From contig NC_043002.1 of the NCBI RefSeq assembly GCF_006345805.1, positions 34,720,001 to 34,784,000 on the forward strand: DNA of 64,000 nucleotides, read 5' to 3'. Source of the stretch: Octopus sinensis (Eukaryota). Every line of letters starts with the position of its first letter. The first letter of the stretch is position 1. This document shows, piece after piece, positions 1 to 13,527 of the stretch. The translations under genes were made by a program, and so were the position numbers. The notes beneath the pieces are model-generated. The model did no database searches, was not told the origin of the DNA, and saw only the letters and a list, made by a program, of their open reading frames with translations.

Positions 1-2899
1 GATTAAATGACACTTTAATTATGACATAACTGAAAAGAAATTTGAAATGAGGAAAGAATGTGTTATTGCATCACTGAATTTACAAATACTTTATGTAGAA
101 CACATCATGATAAGAGTCCAAATTTATAAGTAAACAATTTAAATTACAAAATCCACTCTTTTGCTGGTTCCAGATTGTAGGCTATGATCATGCTAAGACA
201 TATCAATCATGAAATTAATTGAAAACATATTTCACCTGAAACTGACCTTAAACCAATTAACGATTATTCTTTAATTACTTTTCCAAAATGCTATAAAAGT
301 ATCATTGTACAAGTCTACCAAATTGCTTTTACTACTGCTCTCACACCAATTCTATGTCCATTAAATAATTTTTCTTTACCACCATATTCAAGAATGGTAC
401 ATTTCTTTTTCACCCAGATTTTGACATTGATCACTGCTTGATTTTGAGTTAGATTGTGGCACTGAATTAAAAGTAATAGAACCGCAAAAGCTTATTAAAA
501 TATTAGCCTGCTTCGATTTATAAAACAATATCCAGTGGAATATTGTACAATCTTCAATAGAAAATTTTCACAATATCATTTCATTTCATAAAACACTGAT
601 TTGCAATATAAATATCACATTTGTTTCACACCAATAAAAAAATTATTGCTGTTAGTAGTAGTGGTGGCAGCAGCAGTAGTAGTAATAAAACTTTTTCCTT
701 TAATATTGATTATTTCTAAATTCTTATATTCAAAAGAAATTCTTTTACCCATTTATTTTTATAGTTTTAACACTGTTTTAACAAGCTACCATGAATGTAG
801 AACCCATTGTCAGCTGGCAGAATAGGGTGTCTTGCCCTCAAATGCAATATAGTGGTTAGCTTACATATATTTCATGTAAGAGCAATTATAAAACAGACAC
901 TCTGTCATTCAGCATAGATATTTGCCTCCTTATGGAATTTAAATGATAGTAGACAGTAAAGCTGATCACAAAGTTATTACATCATACACCTAGTCTATAA
1001 TATATGTTGCTCTCCAATCAATTTGAAGAACCAACAAATATTTGTTTACCCAGGTTTTCAAGTATGAAATAATTATCTTAATTCATTCACTTTTTAATAT
1101 CACACTTCATTTACAGCCAAACTTTGTTAATTACATCTTTGTTCAGAATTAAAGGCACCTTCACAAATAGAAGCCAATGACAGTAGAAGTAAATCTAATT
1201 TTCTGTGCTTTGTCAGTTCTTTTTCTTGTACAAAATAGCATCAGAGAGACACATTAATTCTTTGCAGTCATATTTCTCAGTCACAATGTGGGGAGTTCTA
1301 CAATAAATTTCCTCTAAACAGAAACACTGAAAGGCCTGATCCAGCAGCCCTATGATCAAAAGCCTTCCAGACATGACTATCCCATTATTTTGTATGTCAT
1401 GCCATACAGTATCCAACATGTCCTTCCTTTTTCTAAGTGGTAGTAAACCAGGAAGGAAATTTGGCTGCCATTTCTAAAAGCTCAAATACTTTTCTAAAGT
1501 CCTCTTCATGTTGGAAAGCATGAATGCCACATATTCAGTGTCATTGGTTAAACAGAGACTATTTTTCAGTCATGAAAATATACAAATTAGTTATTTGTTC
1601 ACTGAAACTAAAGTTGAGTGGGGCAGCTATGAAATAACTTCCCAACAGCAAAACAGGTTGGCAGCTGTGTTAATCAATGTTAAAACAACCATTACAGGAC
1701 AACGATGATAATGATGAGATAATTATTGTTATCTTAATTCATTAACTTTATAACGTCACGTGTCATAATAACTAAACTTTATTTAAGAGCACACAAACAC
1801 ATACATGTGTATGCAGAGAGAGGGAAAGAGGAGAAGGTAAGAGAAAGAAGCAAACAGATAGAGAGAGGGGGGGAGATGCAGTGGTAGAGGTTGGGGATAA
1901 ACAAAATGAGAGATGAATATTAAAAATTTGGAACAATACAAAACAGAGTTAAAGGAGGTAGAACAAGCAGAAACTGGCTAGCAACATGAAGAAAAGTTTG
2001 AAACAGACCTGATATACAATCTGTACATCATTGTCAAAATGAACAACAGTTATTGCTCCTCACAGCACAGTAACAAGTTAATTATTTGCTTAACGATTCT
2101 TTACTTAACATCAAAAGATCTATTTTCTCCAGTTTATAGAACATAAAGAAAAGAAGATAGTAAAACCCTTAAACAATGAAATTGTTATTCAAAGTAGATT
2201 ATTGATAAATTAAACATTGTCAATCTGTTACCTGCAGTCACTTTAAGTTTGGTGCATTACTATCTTCCTTAAAACAACACAAACATTGTTAAATTTTACA
2301 AAGACTTCTTGTATTTTCAGTGGAAACTGTCATTTGGAAACTATTTTGTTACACATGCTGACATTGTTTTCTATAACAATCCAACACAGACTGACAATAA
2401 GAATAGATGTTATAGGCATGTGCAATAGCTATGTGATCAGGTTTGCTGTCTGATGTCTCTTGAATGCTACATCTAGGCAAATATCTTTGCTGAACATCAG
2501 AGCATTTGTTTCAAAACAATAAGTTACTACTACTACAAGTAGTTTATGAACAATGAAAAAGAAAGAGAAAAAAATCTTCAATAACTATTTATGCTAGTGA
2601 TTTAAACAGCTTTAGGTAAATAACACTACAGAAGTGTACAGGAATGAGAAACAAAAGAGTTGATTATAAAAAGAGAAAAGAGCAAAGGGTTTTGGTTCTG
2701 ATCCTTAGAACACACAATAGTCAATCCATGATCTTTATATACACCAATAAGTAGTAAGTCAATAGCTGTTAATGTGTAATTAATTTAAGACAGAAGATGA
2801 AATCAATGGCAACTGGAAATATGACGTTCCTACTATAAATAAATTCTCCTGATTAGATAAAGAACAACTATGCAATGGGAGGTATTCTGATAGTAGCAG

Positions 2900-3290
2900 T
2901 CAGAGTCTATATGTCTTTGGTTAAACAATGCAACTAGTGTCAGAGTACTATAGTTTATAGACAATTTAGATTCAATTATTACATTTCACCATTAGACAAC
3001 TTTCAACTACTTCCTTAGTCAACCACACTAATAAAGTCAGACAACTCTCATCTCAAAGTCCAATAGTGATTTGCAAGGCTAATCCAAATCCAAAACAACT
3101 GATTAATGATTCACAACACACTTCAATCTCTGTCACACAGCTGTATCATCTCTTTTGACTATGCTATTGCTACTACAATGACCTGTGCTTCTCTGAACTA
3201 GCTAGCTGTGTAGCCACTCAACATAAACCTTCCCAATACCTCCAACTACTACTGCATCTCACCTCCCAGACCTGGCATTAAGCACTTTCA
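2900..3290 (+). mobile_element. Degenerate LINE (L2/CR1/Jockey-group) C-terminal fragment
   Basis: YCYYNDLCFSELASCVA (about 3165-3215) resembles the LFYRY....CSSELA.C motif of these LINEs. Heavily decayed. Confidence 0.4.
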
Positions 3291-5009
3291 CAAAAAAATG
3301 CTGAGAATCATTTTTACAAACATGAGCGTTTGTATAGAAATTGTTGGAGTAAAAATCAAGATTTCTATTTCAGCTTTGAAAAATTAAAGTTACACAATTT
3401 TAATTTTATTGAATATTATGAAACAATGCATTCAAAATCTGCTCTATGGGCCAGAGTTATGAATTCAATGTAATATCAGTCAGAGAAATTCCTTGGAACC
3501 TGAGCCTTTTTAAAGATATGTTTAAAAAAAGGTCAGTCTCAGAAAGAAAGAAAGAAATAGTTCACCTTATAATAAACCAACATCAATTTCATACAATTCT
3601 ATTCACAATGAAATGCCATAAATTTTATAATTAACAAGAGTTGTAACATTTAATCAAAAGATAGTCCAATTTCAAACCAAATTTCCTATTTTACCATTCT
3701 TCAATCAAACATGGGGCAGTAACATTTCTTTATAAACCATCATCATCATCCATACTTGCCCATGATGTTATATTCATATCCTAACAGTAGACAACTGAAT
3801 ATTTTACTTTGACACATTGCAAATAACTCTTTTCTCATTAATTGGTCTTATTAAATCTTAACACTAATACACAAGAAGCCCTGCCAAACATTACAACCAA
3901 ACCTTCCTTAAGAACAACCCAACCATCTTCAAAATGGTTAAAAATATCAGATAAAGTAACACTGAAGATATCAGAAAAGAAAATAGGATGCTCATGGATA
4001 GAATGTCAGTGGAACAACTAATGCTCAACATACAGAAAAATTTCTGTTAGCACATGTGTTTGCCATCAGAGAATGACATAGAAGAAACTAGAATAACAAC
4101 CTTACGCCCCCTCCAAACGTAAGTGTTTTTATGAAGTCTTCAATATACAAACAAAAAGAATACACAGAAAATCTCCTCCAAACAACTACTGCAAATAATC
4201 AAGAAAAATACATTTTACAACAAAAGTACTATTATCTCCTTTAATCACTGCAAAAATCCACATAAAATGTTTGAAAACAAATGTGTCACACACAGAAAAA
4301 AATTTTGTAAACTTGACACAAAAAAATTTTTTTAAATAAAACTGGCACTACACTAGAAATACAGGCATTCAAACACAAACATCATTATAAAGAGAAACAT
4401 CAATATACCCAATGTTTCCACACTTTCAAATAGTATAGGTAACAAGAAAGGCATTGTAATATCTTCTCAATGCCCTTTATGTATACATACACACACTTTG
4501 CAAAGTCTTTCCTGGACATGAACATATGCTCCCTGCATCCAGTTCCCACAAATATTTGACATAATTCTCAAGTTTCCATGGATCACCTAGCAATTATCAT
4601 CACAAGACAGTCCTGTTCAATGGAAAAACTGTGAAGTGCGCCAGTAATTTTAACTGTTCATACAAAATGTGCCAGTAATATTTTTTATTTGGATTTCAGT
4701 GCACAATGAAGTGAAAAAGATTTAAAAGTATTGCTTTGCGAATGGCCACAATGTTGACAGGGTATATTAGTAGAAGTGGTTGATGGCCCAAAGTGGTGAC
4801 AGAGTATTGAAAAGAGATGTGTGGTATGGCAATCTAGTTGGATTTACTCAGTTACTTCAATACAGAAAACAGAGAATTGAAATGTCTAAAAATTATCACT
4901 GTGGTATGGAATCATGACCCGTAGAGTAGATTTCTACATGAAAGAGAAAGATTATCAATAAATACAAGATAGGTGCAATGGATTATCTAAACTAAACACT
5001 GTGAAAGAA

Positions 5010-5260
5010 CATCATCATCAGTATCATCCTTTAACATCCGCTTTTCATGTTGGCATGATTTGAATCGTTTACCTAGAACTGGTAAGCCAGAAAGCTGCAC
5101 CAGGTTCTCATCCGATTTGGCTTGGTCTCTACAGCTGGATGCCCTTCCTAATGCCAATCACTTTACAGTGTGTGATGTGTACTTTTAACATAGTACTGCA
5201 TAAGTGATTTTATATGAGACTGGCACAAGTGCTTTTTATGTGACACCAACACAGGTTTCT
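5010..5260 (-). mobile_element. Family B repeat, diverged
   Basis: catcatcatc tail and ctacagctggatgcccttcctaatgccaa core. Confidence 0.8.
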
Positions 5261-6798
5261 TGCAGGCCAATCCTCTTTGCTGGGGGGAGGGGGGCTTAAC
5301 ACCTCTGCTGTGGAGGATGGAGTATTAACCTACCAGCAAATTACGTGTATACTTTCCAGCATATAGCAGACTTATCTAAATCTTTTCTAGTGATAGGGCT
5401 TCTGTGGATAGTTCTTGCAGTCTCATTTCTCATCTTTATCTTCTATAATTACAACATCAACATCATAACTAAAGTTCATTCTTTCTTGGGTTTTACTCAG
5501 TGAAATGCTTTAAGCAAATGAAAATAACTGATGTTTTCTTAGAGAAAAAGTAAAGAGCAAATCTGTTTAGATTGTACAGCTATGGCACTAGCTGAAGAAG
5601 TAACAGATTCAGAAGAAAATACCTCAGACAAACCGTACTATTAGCTATGAGAAGTCAATATAACAACACATACATTATATCTGAAACTTATAAATAAATC
5701 AAGATTTATAAACAAAATTACTTCAGGTGTTTGACATAGGGGAGAAAGTAAATTGAGAAAGCACTTGATATATACAATAGAGTAATCTAAACAGTTATAT
5801 AGAGAAGATTTAGTAAATAGTAAATGGCATTTCAAATTCCAATGATGAAAGATTTCAATATATCAATTACTAATGCATACCCTGTCGGAAATCTACCCCT
5901 GATACATATTCAGTTTTATAGTTGTTAATTACTTGTGGAAAACTATCAAAAGGTATTACCTCAATAAAATACAAATTCCTTTTTATCATTTAACAAATAA
6001 TAAAATACACATAGATATAACACACACATGGACTGCTATTCCTTTATACTTGGGTTTTCAGCCAAAAGGAGTGCGCGTTTCCATGAAATACAAAATTAGT
6101 GATGGAATCACAGTACATTTAACTAAACAAGCCTGTCAGAATTTCCACAAAATTCAATCAGTAGAAGTACCACAGTAGCAGGATAGACAAAGAGAGATGA
6201 AGACATTGCTAATTATATTAGTAAATAAATAGAGTTGCTGATATCTCAGTTCCACATTAACCTTAAAGTGAATAAATGAGTCTACATTTGATGAAACAAT
6301 AAATTGTGCAATGTTAGTAATTCTGCAATTGTTTTATATCTGAAGTAAATATAGTGACATAATGTTTTACAGTACATTAACCTTTTAATGGCAACCGGCT
6401 TCAGACTATCTCTGATTCTCATACAAAACAATATTTTAAAATGCTTAAATTAAAACCTTCCTTTACAATTTTATGTAAGAGCCTTTGTAATCTTCAAATA
6501 TCAGATAATTAACAAAATTGATTTACTAAATCCTTTCCAAATTTTTTTATTACTTTTAAAAATTAACTGAAACTCAGTGCTTCAATATAAATATAGTCAT
6601 GGAAGTATTAGCGATGAAAGAAATTGGAATTATTTAAACTATCACTTAAGCTGGTCAGGCTATATGAATAGATATTAGTTCAAAAACAAACTATCCAGAT
6701 ATGACTCCCATACTTATCTGAAAACTGATCATAATAATATTAGCCATTAATTAAGCATTATTTTCTCACCACATGTAAATTTCTAGTTAGCCTTTTAA

Positions 6799-7020
6799 CC
6801 CTTTCAACCCAGAGTTTCTCAAGAATTTTTTTCTCAAGTCATTAATGACAGGGGGTTTGTACGCATGCGAGCCTTTTGAGCTGTCAATATAGCGTCATAC
6901 ACTCCAATCGTACATCTGGCACTACATACTTACCAGAAAAACCAGAACGGTACTATACTACATCACACAAGTTGTAAAACTTTTGACTGGTACAAATATG
7001 TACCAGCCGGGCCGAAAAGG
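6799..7020. mobile_element. piggyBac-type MITE, family P2
   Basis: TTAA|CCCTTTCAACCCAG...CCGGGCCGAAAAGG|TTAA (10/14 TIR match). CpG-richer interior with an internal hairpin ctggtaca-aata-tgtaccag. Confidence 0.7.
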
Positions 7021-8154
7021 TTAATGACCTCTATATTAATTATGTCGATAATTTACCACTTGCATGGGAAACAATAAGTGTGTAGCTTGATCAGGGATAG
7101 CTTAGAATTAAACAACCACCATTAATGGTAAAAGTGAGCAGAAAACACTACAGGCAACAAGAGAACGTTAAGTTTTAATATTTGTAGGGAATTTTACAAT
7201 TTATGCTATTTGTTAAGAGCATTATTAATGTAAGCATTTCCATGTGGAAATGAAGACCATGTGAGTTGAAGGACTGTCATAATTTATTCGGGAGAATGAT
7301 TAAGTAAATTCCCCGATGAAATGATTCTTAGCCAAAGTTGATTACCACTAAGAGCAATGTCACTTCTCATATATTGTTAATTTCTTAGATAACTGCAGTA
7401 ATGTAATAACTTTCTCTTCCTTTGAAAAATCTATGGTTTTTCTGACATAATGTTCCTAACAATATTTTCCAAAGATACAGTTCAAATAATTTACAAAATA
7501 GTCCACACACTTCACCACTAAAGTCAAACTATTTTCCATTATAGTTTCACTATGTCCATTACAACACCAAGACAAAATTCAATGAAAAGAAGAAAAACTT
7601 ACATACAAAACTTTAATGACAAGACAGGAGAAAGGCAAAGACAATAAAAAGTATTACAATTTCTCATATGAAACATGCAGCTGGAAGCATTTGGCTGACA
7701 ATGTCTGAATGTTGAGATATGTGTCTGTCTTATAAAACTTTGGAAGAAACATTAACAGCTCAATAGAATATAAATTACAGTTTTGGTGTAGGCTGTTTTA
7801 AATACTTTACTTAATATTTTAGTATATATGGTGTGGAATTCTTCACTATTATTTAGGTTAAACCATTGGTTCCTCTCCTATGAATATACAAACACTCCTA
7901 TCTATTAGCTCTCAATTTCCTGCTTGATATAGTACAACATAGGACTGAATCAGTGAGCCAGTTCTGAAACACATGATATCACAAGAATTGTATTAACCTT
8001 GTTCACATTCATTTTGAAATAAGTAAGGAGATTTCTCTAAGCTAAAGGAGAAAACTTTAACCACTTCTATCATTTGTTGTTGTTCTCTTAACAAAGTCAT
8101 TACAAGACTGGATTTTTAACTTAGAAAATTTTCAACAGAATATTCTTTTCAACT

Positions 8155-8357
8155 CTAGGCACAAGGCTCTAAATTTTGGGGGAGGGGGCCTATCGATTAG
8201 ATTGATCCCAATACGCAACTGGTACTTAATTTATTGACCCCGAAAAGATGAAGAGCAAAGTCGACCTTGGCAAAATTTGAACTCAGAATATAAAGACAGA
8301 CAAAATACCGCTAAGCATTTCGTCCAGTGTTTTAATGTTTTCGCCAGCTTGCTGCAT
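8155..8357 (-). mobile_element. tRNA-derived SINE, family C
   Basis: Reverse complement of the gctggcagaa.cgttagc...gagttcaaatt.cgcc.aggtcgactttgcctttcatcctttcggggtcgataaattaagtaccag consensus seen at 59531. Confidence 0.85.
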
Positions 8358-8954
8358 TTCAACAGAATATTAAAAGATAACTGGGTCTCTTAAGTAACTA
8401 GGTCTTAACTCATCAGTTGTTAAATGTTATTTTATTACTTAGTTTTCTCCCTGACAGTTTGATTCCCATTGACAGCTTGGCCAGTTATGTGTGTAATCAG
8501 GTTAAGATTCCCAAATTAAAAGAGACCCAAGTTTATAACATTTAACAAAAACTGAATCAAACAGAAGTTAATGAAACCCAGCATCAAGCTGATAATGTGG
8601 CAGTTTCTCGGGACTGATCAAAAATAAAGGTAAATCAAGGAAGACCAGAGAAAAATTATCCATATGTGAGAATGCTGAACTTCAAAGAAATGATATTAGA
8701 ATCAAAATAAATAGCGCAGCAAACCCAGCTGTACCATAACAACATGGAAAAAAGAATACTTTAAAAAGAATGAGGGAACAATTACACAACTACTTCTTTT
8801 GCTAGAATTAGCAGCCAAGTTACCCTCAAACTATACTTTATCATCTTAATAATATACCCATTAGACAATGTAGTTTTAGGTATAGGTTTGAAAAGGCATC
8901 AACCACAACTACCACTAGCCAATGATAAAGCCTCTAGCCAGTCACTCAGCTTAT

Positions 8955-9135
8955 AGAAACCTCAGCCAAATCTCCCTCAAATCATACTTCAGTGACATAA
9001 AAAATGAAGGACACTTTAGATAATGTTGCTATAGATATATATATGAATGAAAGATGAGATCATATTGAGTGGATGGAACATTTTTAGCCATAGGTTTACT
9101 GGGATTAGAGCTGACCTAGAGATAAACAACAAAAA
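8955..9135 (+). repeat. Interspersed repeat family E (further copies near 19740-19910, 26640-26730, 33030-33150, 40770-40920, 52030-52160)
   Basis: Shared motifs gcagccaaatctccctcaaatcat and gacctag(a/g)gctaaacaac in several copies. Class not determined. Confidence 0.6.
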
Positions 9136-9423
9136 AAAAGTTTTTAATAAAAAGTGTGTGTGTGTGTGGAGGTAGATATATGTGTGTGGAGGTATATATG
9201 TGTGTGTGGAGGTAGATATATATAAAAAATTTAGCATACAGTGTAAAAACTAATCTGTACAGTTTTATTTCAAATAAAATCTTCAGAAAATTATCTTTAT
9301 TAATGATGATTGCCAACCAATTACAGCTTCAATATCATCATCAAAAATCTTATCAAGATTATTCAATGAAAATGACTATTAAACAAATCTGTCATGCCTT
9401 GTCTCTCCAGATGCCTGTAAACT

Positions 9424-9820
9424 TTCTCTCTTTGCTTCAGTCACTTGACTGCAGCCATGCTGGAGCACCACCTTTAGTTGAGCAAATCAACCCCAGGACT
9501 TAGTCTTTGTAAGCCTAGTATATATTCTTTATTATTTATTTATTTAAGCTGAACCACTAAGTCACAGGGACGTAAACACACCAGCATCGGTTGTCAAGCG
9601 ATGCTGGGGGAGGGGGGGGACAACACACACACACACACACACACATATACATATATACGACGGGCTTCTTTCAGTTTCCATCTACCAAATCCACTCACAA
9701 GGCTTTGGTCGGCCCTAGGCTAGAGTAGAAGACACTTGCCTAAAGTGCCATGCAGTGGGACTGAACCTGGAACTATGTGGTTGGTAAGCAAGCTACTTAC
9801 CACACAGCCACTCCTGCACC
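9424..9820 (-). mobile_element. tRNA-derived SINE, family A, full length
   Basis: Head GGTGCAGGAGTGGCTGTGTGG (A box) and GGTTCAGTCCC (B box-like), internal (TA)/(TG) microsatellite, conserved tail ...GACTGAAGCAAAG. Confidence 0.9.
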
Positions 9821-10261
9821 TGGTCAATTCTTCTCAAAATTATGACTCTCAAACCCAAGTAACCCTTAAATATTAAACTAAATAGGGACTGGTAATATAC
9901 AAATGGTTAGTAGAAGAGAGATGAGTGTCTGTTGATGAAGTTAAAGACCAAATGATTAAAGTTGAAAGATGCCACTGAAGAAATATTCTACACAAAAGAA
10001 ATAATCCAAATATGTATCTGTAGATCCAATATTTTGTTGGTTAATCTATGATTAAAACAGAAGACATGTTTTTTACTTCAAAGTGAAATGTGATGACAAC
10101 AATTACAAGAGAACAGAGAAAAAGTGTGAGAATAGCAGATGTGATGTGGTTTCACATATCTTTAAGTTCTTAGATTTTTATATAGCCCACTAAGAACTAT
10201 GAAGTCATACCTCCTTGTTGAGTCTCAATATTCTAAATTTCTTTATAATATTTTTAATATC

Positions 10262-10650
10262 ACCAACCACATGGTTCAGGGTTCAGTCCCACTGTGTGGC
10301 ACCTTGGGCAAGTGTCTTCTACTATAGCCTCAGGTTAACCAAAGCCTTGTGAGAGGATTTGGTAGACAAAAACTGAAAGAAGCCCATCATATATATATGT
10401 ACATATATGTGTGAATGTGTGTGTGTGGGGGGTCTTTGTGTTTGTCCCCCACCACCGCTTGACAACCACTGTTGGTATGTTTATGTCCCTGCAACTTAGC
10501 AGTTTGGCAAAAAAGACTAATCAAATAAGTTCCAGGCTTAACAAAAAGGTAAGTCCTAGGGTCAATTCATTTGACTAAAAAAAATTGTTCAAGGCATTGC
10601 CCCAGCATGGCCATGATCTAACAGCTGAAACAAGTGAAAGATAAAAGATA
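10262..10650 (+). mobile_element. SINE family A, near full length
   Basis: Aligns to 13069-13460 from caaccacatggttc onward. Confidence 0.88.
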
Positions 10651-12540
10651 TGCTCTCTTCATATTTGCACATTTTATTCTATTTAAAAATAGATTTATTT
10701 GCTAAAGCAAGTTTGATGGCTGCTAATGTATGTCATAAATCCCAAAATGACAATCCAAGTAAATAGGCAAATGAAAGAGAAAATGTCACACCTATTAATT
10801 GTATGGTATACTCTCATTGACTAAGTCAGAAAATTTCTTCTTAGTTTTGACAGCTATTCGTGTGTAGAGTAATTACAAAACATTTAATATACACGTGAGT
10901 TTAAGGAAATTTAAGTTAAAACTAAGATGATTTAAAAATATGTTACTTGTAATTAATAGAATAAAATATCTTAAAATGTTCAGGAAAAATAAAAACACAG
11001 AAATGTAAAAGATTAAATGTAAAAAAAAAAAGAAAGAAAACTAGAGTTGGGAAATTGAGTACTGTTGCTTGTTGCTATTGTATCTGCCAAAGACTGAAGG
11101 TGACTTTCACTCGTGTTCAAGTGATAAAGAAGTGTTTAATTTCCTGGTCTACATATTCATAGCAGTTTTACGGAAATAGTTCCTATTTTTTTCTCTCTAT
11201 TTATTTGTAGAGAATATAAACCAATGTATTAGTTAAAAATGAGTTTGAAGTATCTCCCCACATACATATATATGTAGGGAAATCCTCAACACCAGAGAAG
11301 TTAGAGAACTTATTTTATGCCATTTTACATATCAAGTTGCTACTATAATGTAGTCTCAAAGTATTTGAGTCCAGATCTGTTGAGATTTCAGCTGTTGGGA
11401 TTTTAAAATTTTGTTTTGATTTTTTTCTTCATGGTAGCTTTTCTTGATAGCTTTTACATAGGTTGTAAATACTGAAAGCTTTTTACTAATTTGCTGTTGA
11501 ATTTTTAACAGCCAACTATATCATTTATGATGTACATATTTTCAGATGCATAGGTGCTGGATTGGCACATGTGTAATTTAGTAAGAAAAGAATATATATG
11601 CATGCACACATGTTTTGTGTGTGTGTGTGCGCGCGCAAGCGCGTATTTCACTATACATGTCATCCTCCTCATATACTGTCTGCCTCTCTCCTACCCACCC
11701 ACTCCTCTCTGCCCACCCACTCCTGCAACCTACTCAACAGCATGTCACCATCTCTCTTTTGTTTTTCTCCTATTTACTGTATTATCATTACTATCCTGCT
11801 GCTCTATGCTATCAAACATCCTCTCCTTCCCAACTCACTTCTGGCTCCTCAGCCCACTCATTCCTACCTACTTCATACACTGAGGGTCCACCCTGACACA
11901 TCATGACCACTATTTTTATTGATTTCCAGCTCCACCTAATCACTCCCCTGTCTTCTAAAATATGAGTAGTCATGTTGCTCCTACCCTACAGCATGAAAAC
12001 TATTCTACTCTGGTCCTTTTCTCAACCTGAAACCCCTTCCTACTCTATCTCCTAAGATAAAATTACCTCAATCAGGGTTCATAGTCTTGCATATTGCAAG
12101 GCAATATCACTAGTGCTTGTGACATGAAAAAAAAAAAAGCAACTTGTACATGCTGTAAAGTGGTTGGAATTATGAAGGGCATAGAGAGCATGCCAAAGCA
12201 GACATTGGAACATGAAGTAGTTGTTAGACCCGTTGGCTTTTGTCAATCAATCCAACCCATGCAAACATGGAACATAGACGCTGAATGATGATGGTGATGG
12301 TGTGCTAGAAAATTATATTTTTGATTAACATGTAACTGTGTGAGTGAGCGTGTACATTTGGAATGCCTCACCATAATAATTCAAGAGCAGGTAATCCCCT
12401 CTTAGTGTTTTGTTTCATTCTAAGAAATAAAAATATATTTTATGCTTTGTTATTGTTTATATTTTGAATTACAAAATATTTTATGGGGACACCAAAATCT
12501 TTTAAGCACTTAGGGCTTTGGTGGGTCTGAATCTGGCCCT

Positions 12541-12752
12541 GTATATGCACACACATATATATACACACATATATACAAGCGCATATATATATATACACAC
12601 ACACACATATATATATATACATATATATATACACATTTACATATATATATAGAAAGACACACATATATATACACACAAATATTTACATATATATATAGAC
12701 ACACACATACATATATACACTCACACATACATTTACATATACACACACACAG

Positions 12753-12795
<43 letters not shown>

Positions 12796-12989
12796 ATCGT
12801 TACCAACGTTACCTTACTGGCACTCGAGCCTTGTGCTAGTAGAGTATTAAGAGCACCATCCGAGCGTGATCATTGCCAGAGCGGCTATTTTTAAACATCC
12901 AAGAGAAATAACCCATTTGCTCCTGAAAGGAAACCTTATATATAGCCAACATATACATATGTACATATATCTTATATATCTATATATAC

Positions 12990-13043
<54 letters not shown>

Positions 13044-13068
13044 GTACATATATATATATGTACATATA
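12541..13068. repeat. Compound (TA)n/(CA)n microsatellite field with a short family-B-like insert (about 12797-12940)
   Basis: Read directly. Similar fields lie at 13461-13535, 23146-23262, 36966-37020 and 57948-58020. Confidence 0.9.
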
Positions 13069-13457
13069 GGCGCAGGAGTGGCTGTGTGGTAAGTAGCTTG
13101 CTAACCAACCACATGGTTCCATGTTCAGTCCCACTGCGTGGCATCTTGGGCAAGTGTCTTCTGCTATAGCCCCAGGCCGACCAATGCCTTCTGAGTGGAT
13201 TTGGTAGATGGAAACTGAAAGAAACCTGTCGTATATATGTATATATGTGTGTGTATGTGTTTGTGTGTCTGTGTTTGTCCCCCTAGCATTGCTTGACAAC
13301 CGATGCTGGTGTGTTTATGTCCCCGTCACTTAGCGGTTCGGCAAAAAGAGACCGATAGAATAAGTACTGGGCTTACAAAAGAATAAGTCCCGGGGTCAAG
13401 TTGCTCGATTAAAGGTGGTGCTCCAGCATGGCCACAGTCAAATGACTGAAACAAGTA

Positions 13458-13460
<3 letters not shown>
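13069..13460 (+). mobile_element. SINE family A, full length, flanked by (TA)n
   Basis: ggcgcaggagtggctgtgtggtaagtagcttgc...gactgaaacaagtaaaa. Confidence 0.92.

Positions 13461-13527
<67 letters not shown>

Noticed and set aside
1213-1419. ORF beginning MLDTVWHD, reminiscent of RT AFD.VWH
   Set aside because: Single short motif with no supporting neighbours.
13069-13150. tRNA-like A/B boxes as a tRNA gene
   Set aside because: No cloverleaf could be built, and the sequence continues into a multi-copy SINE body.
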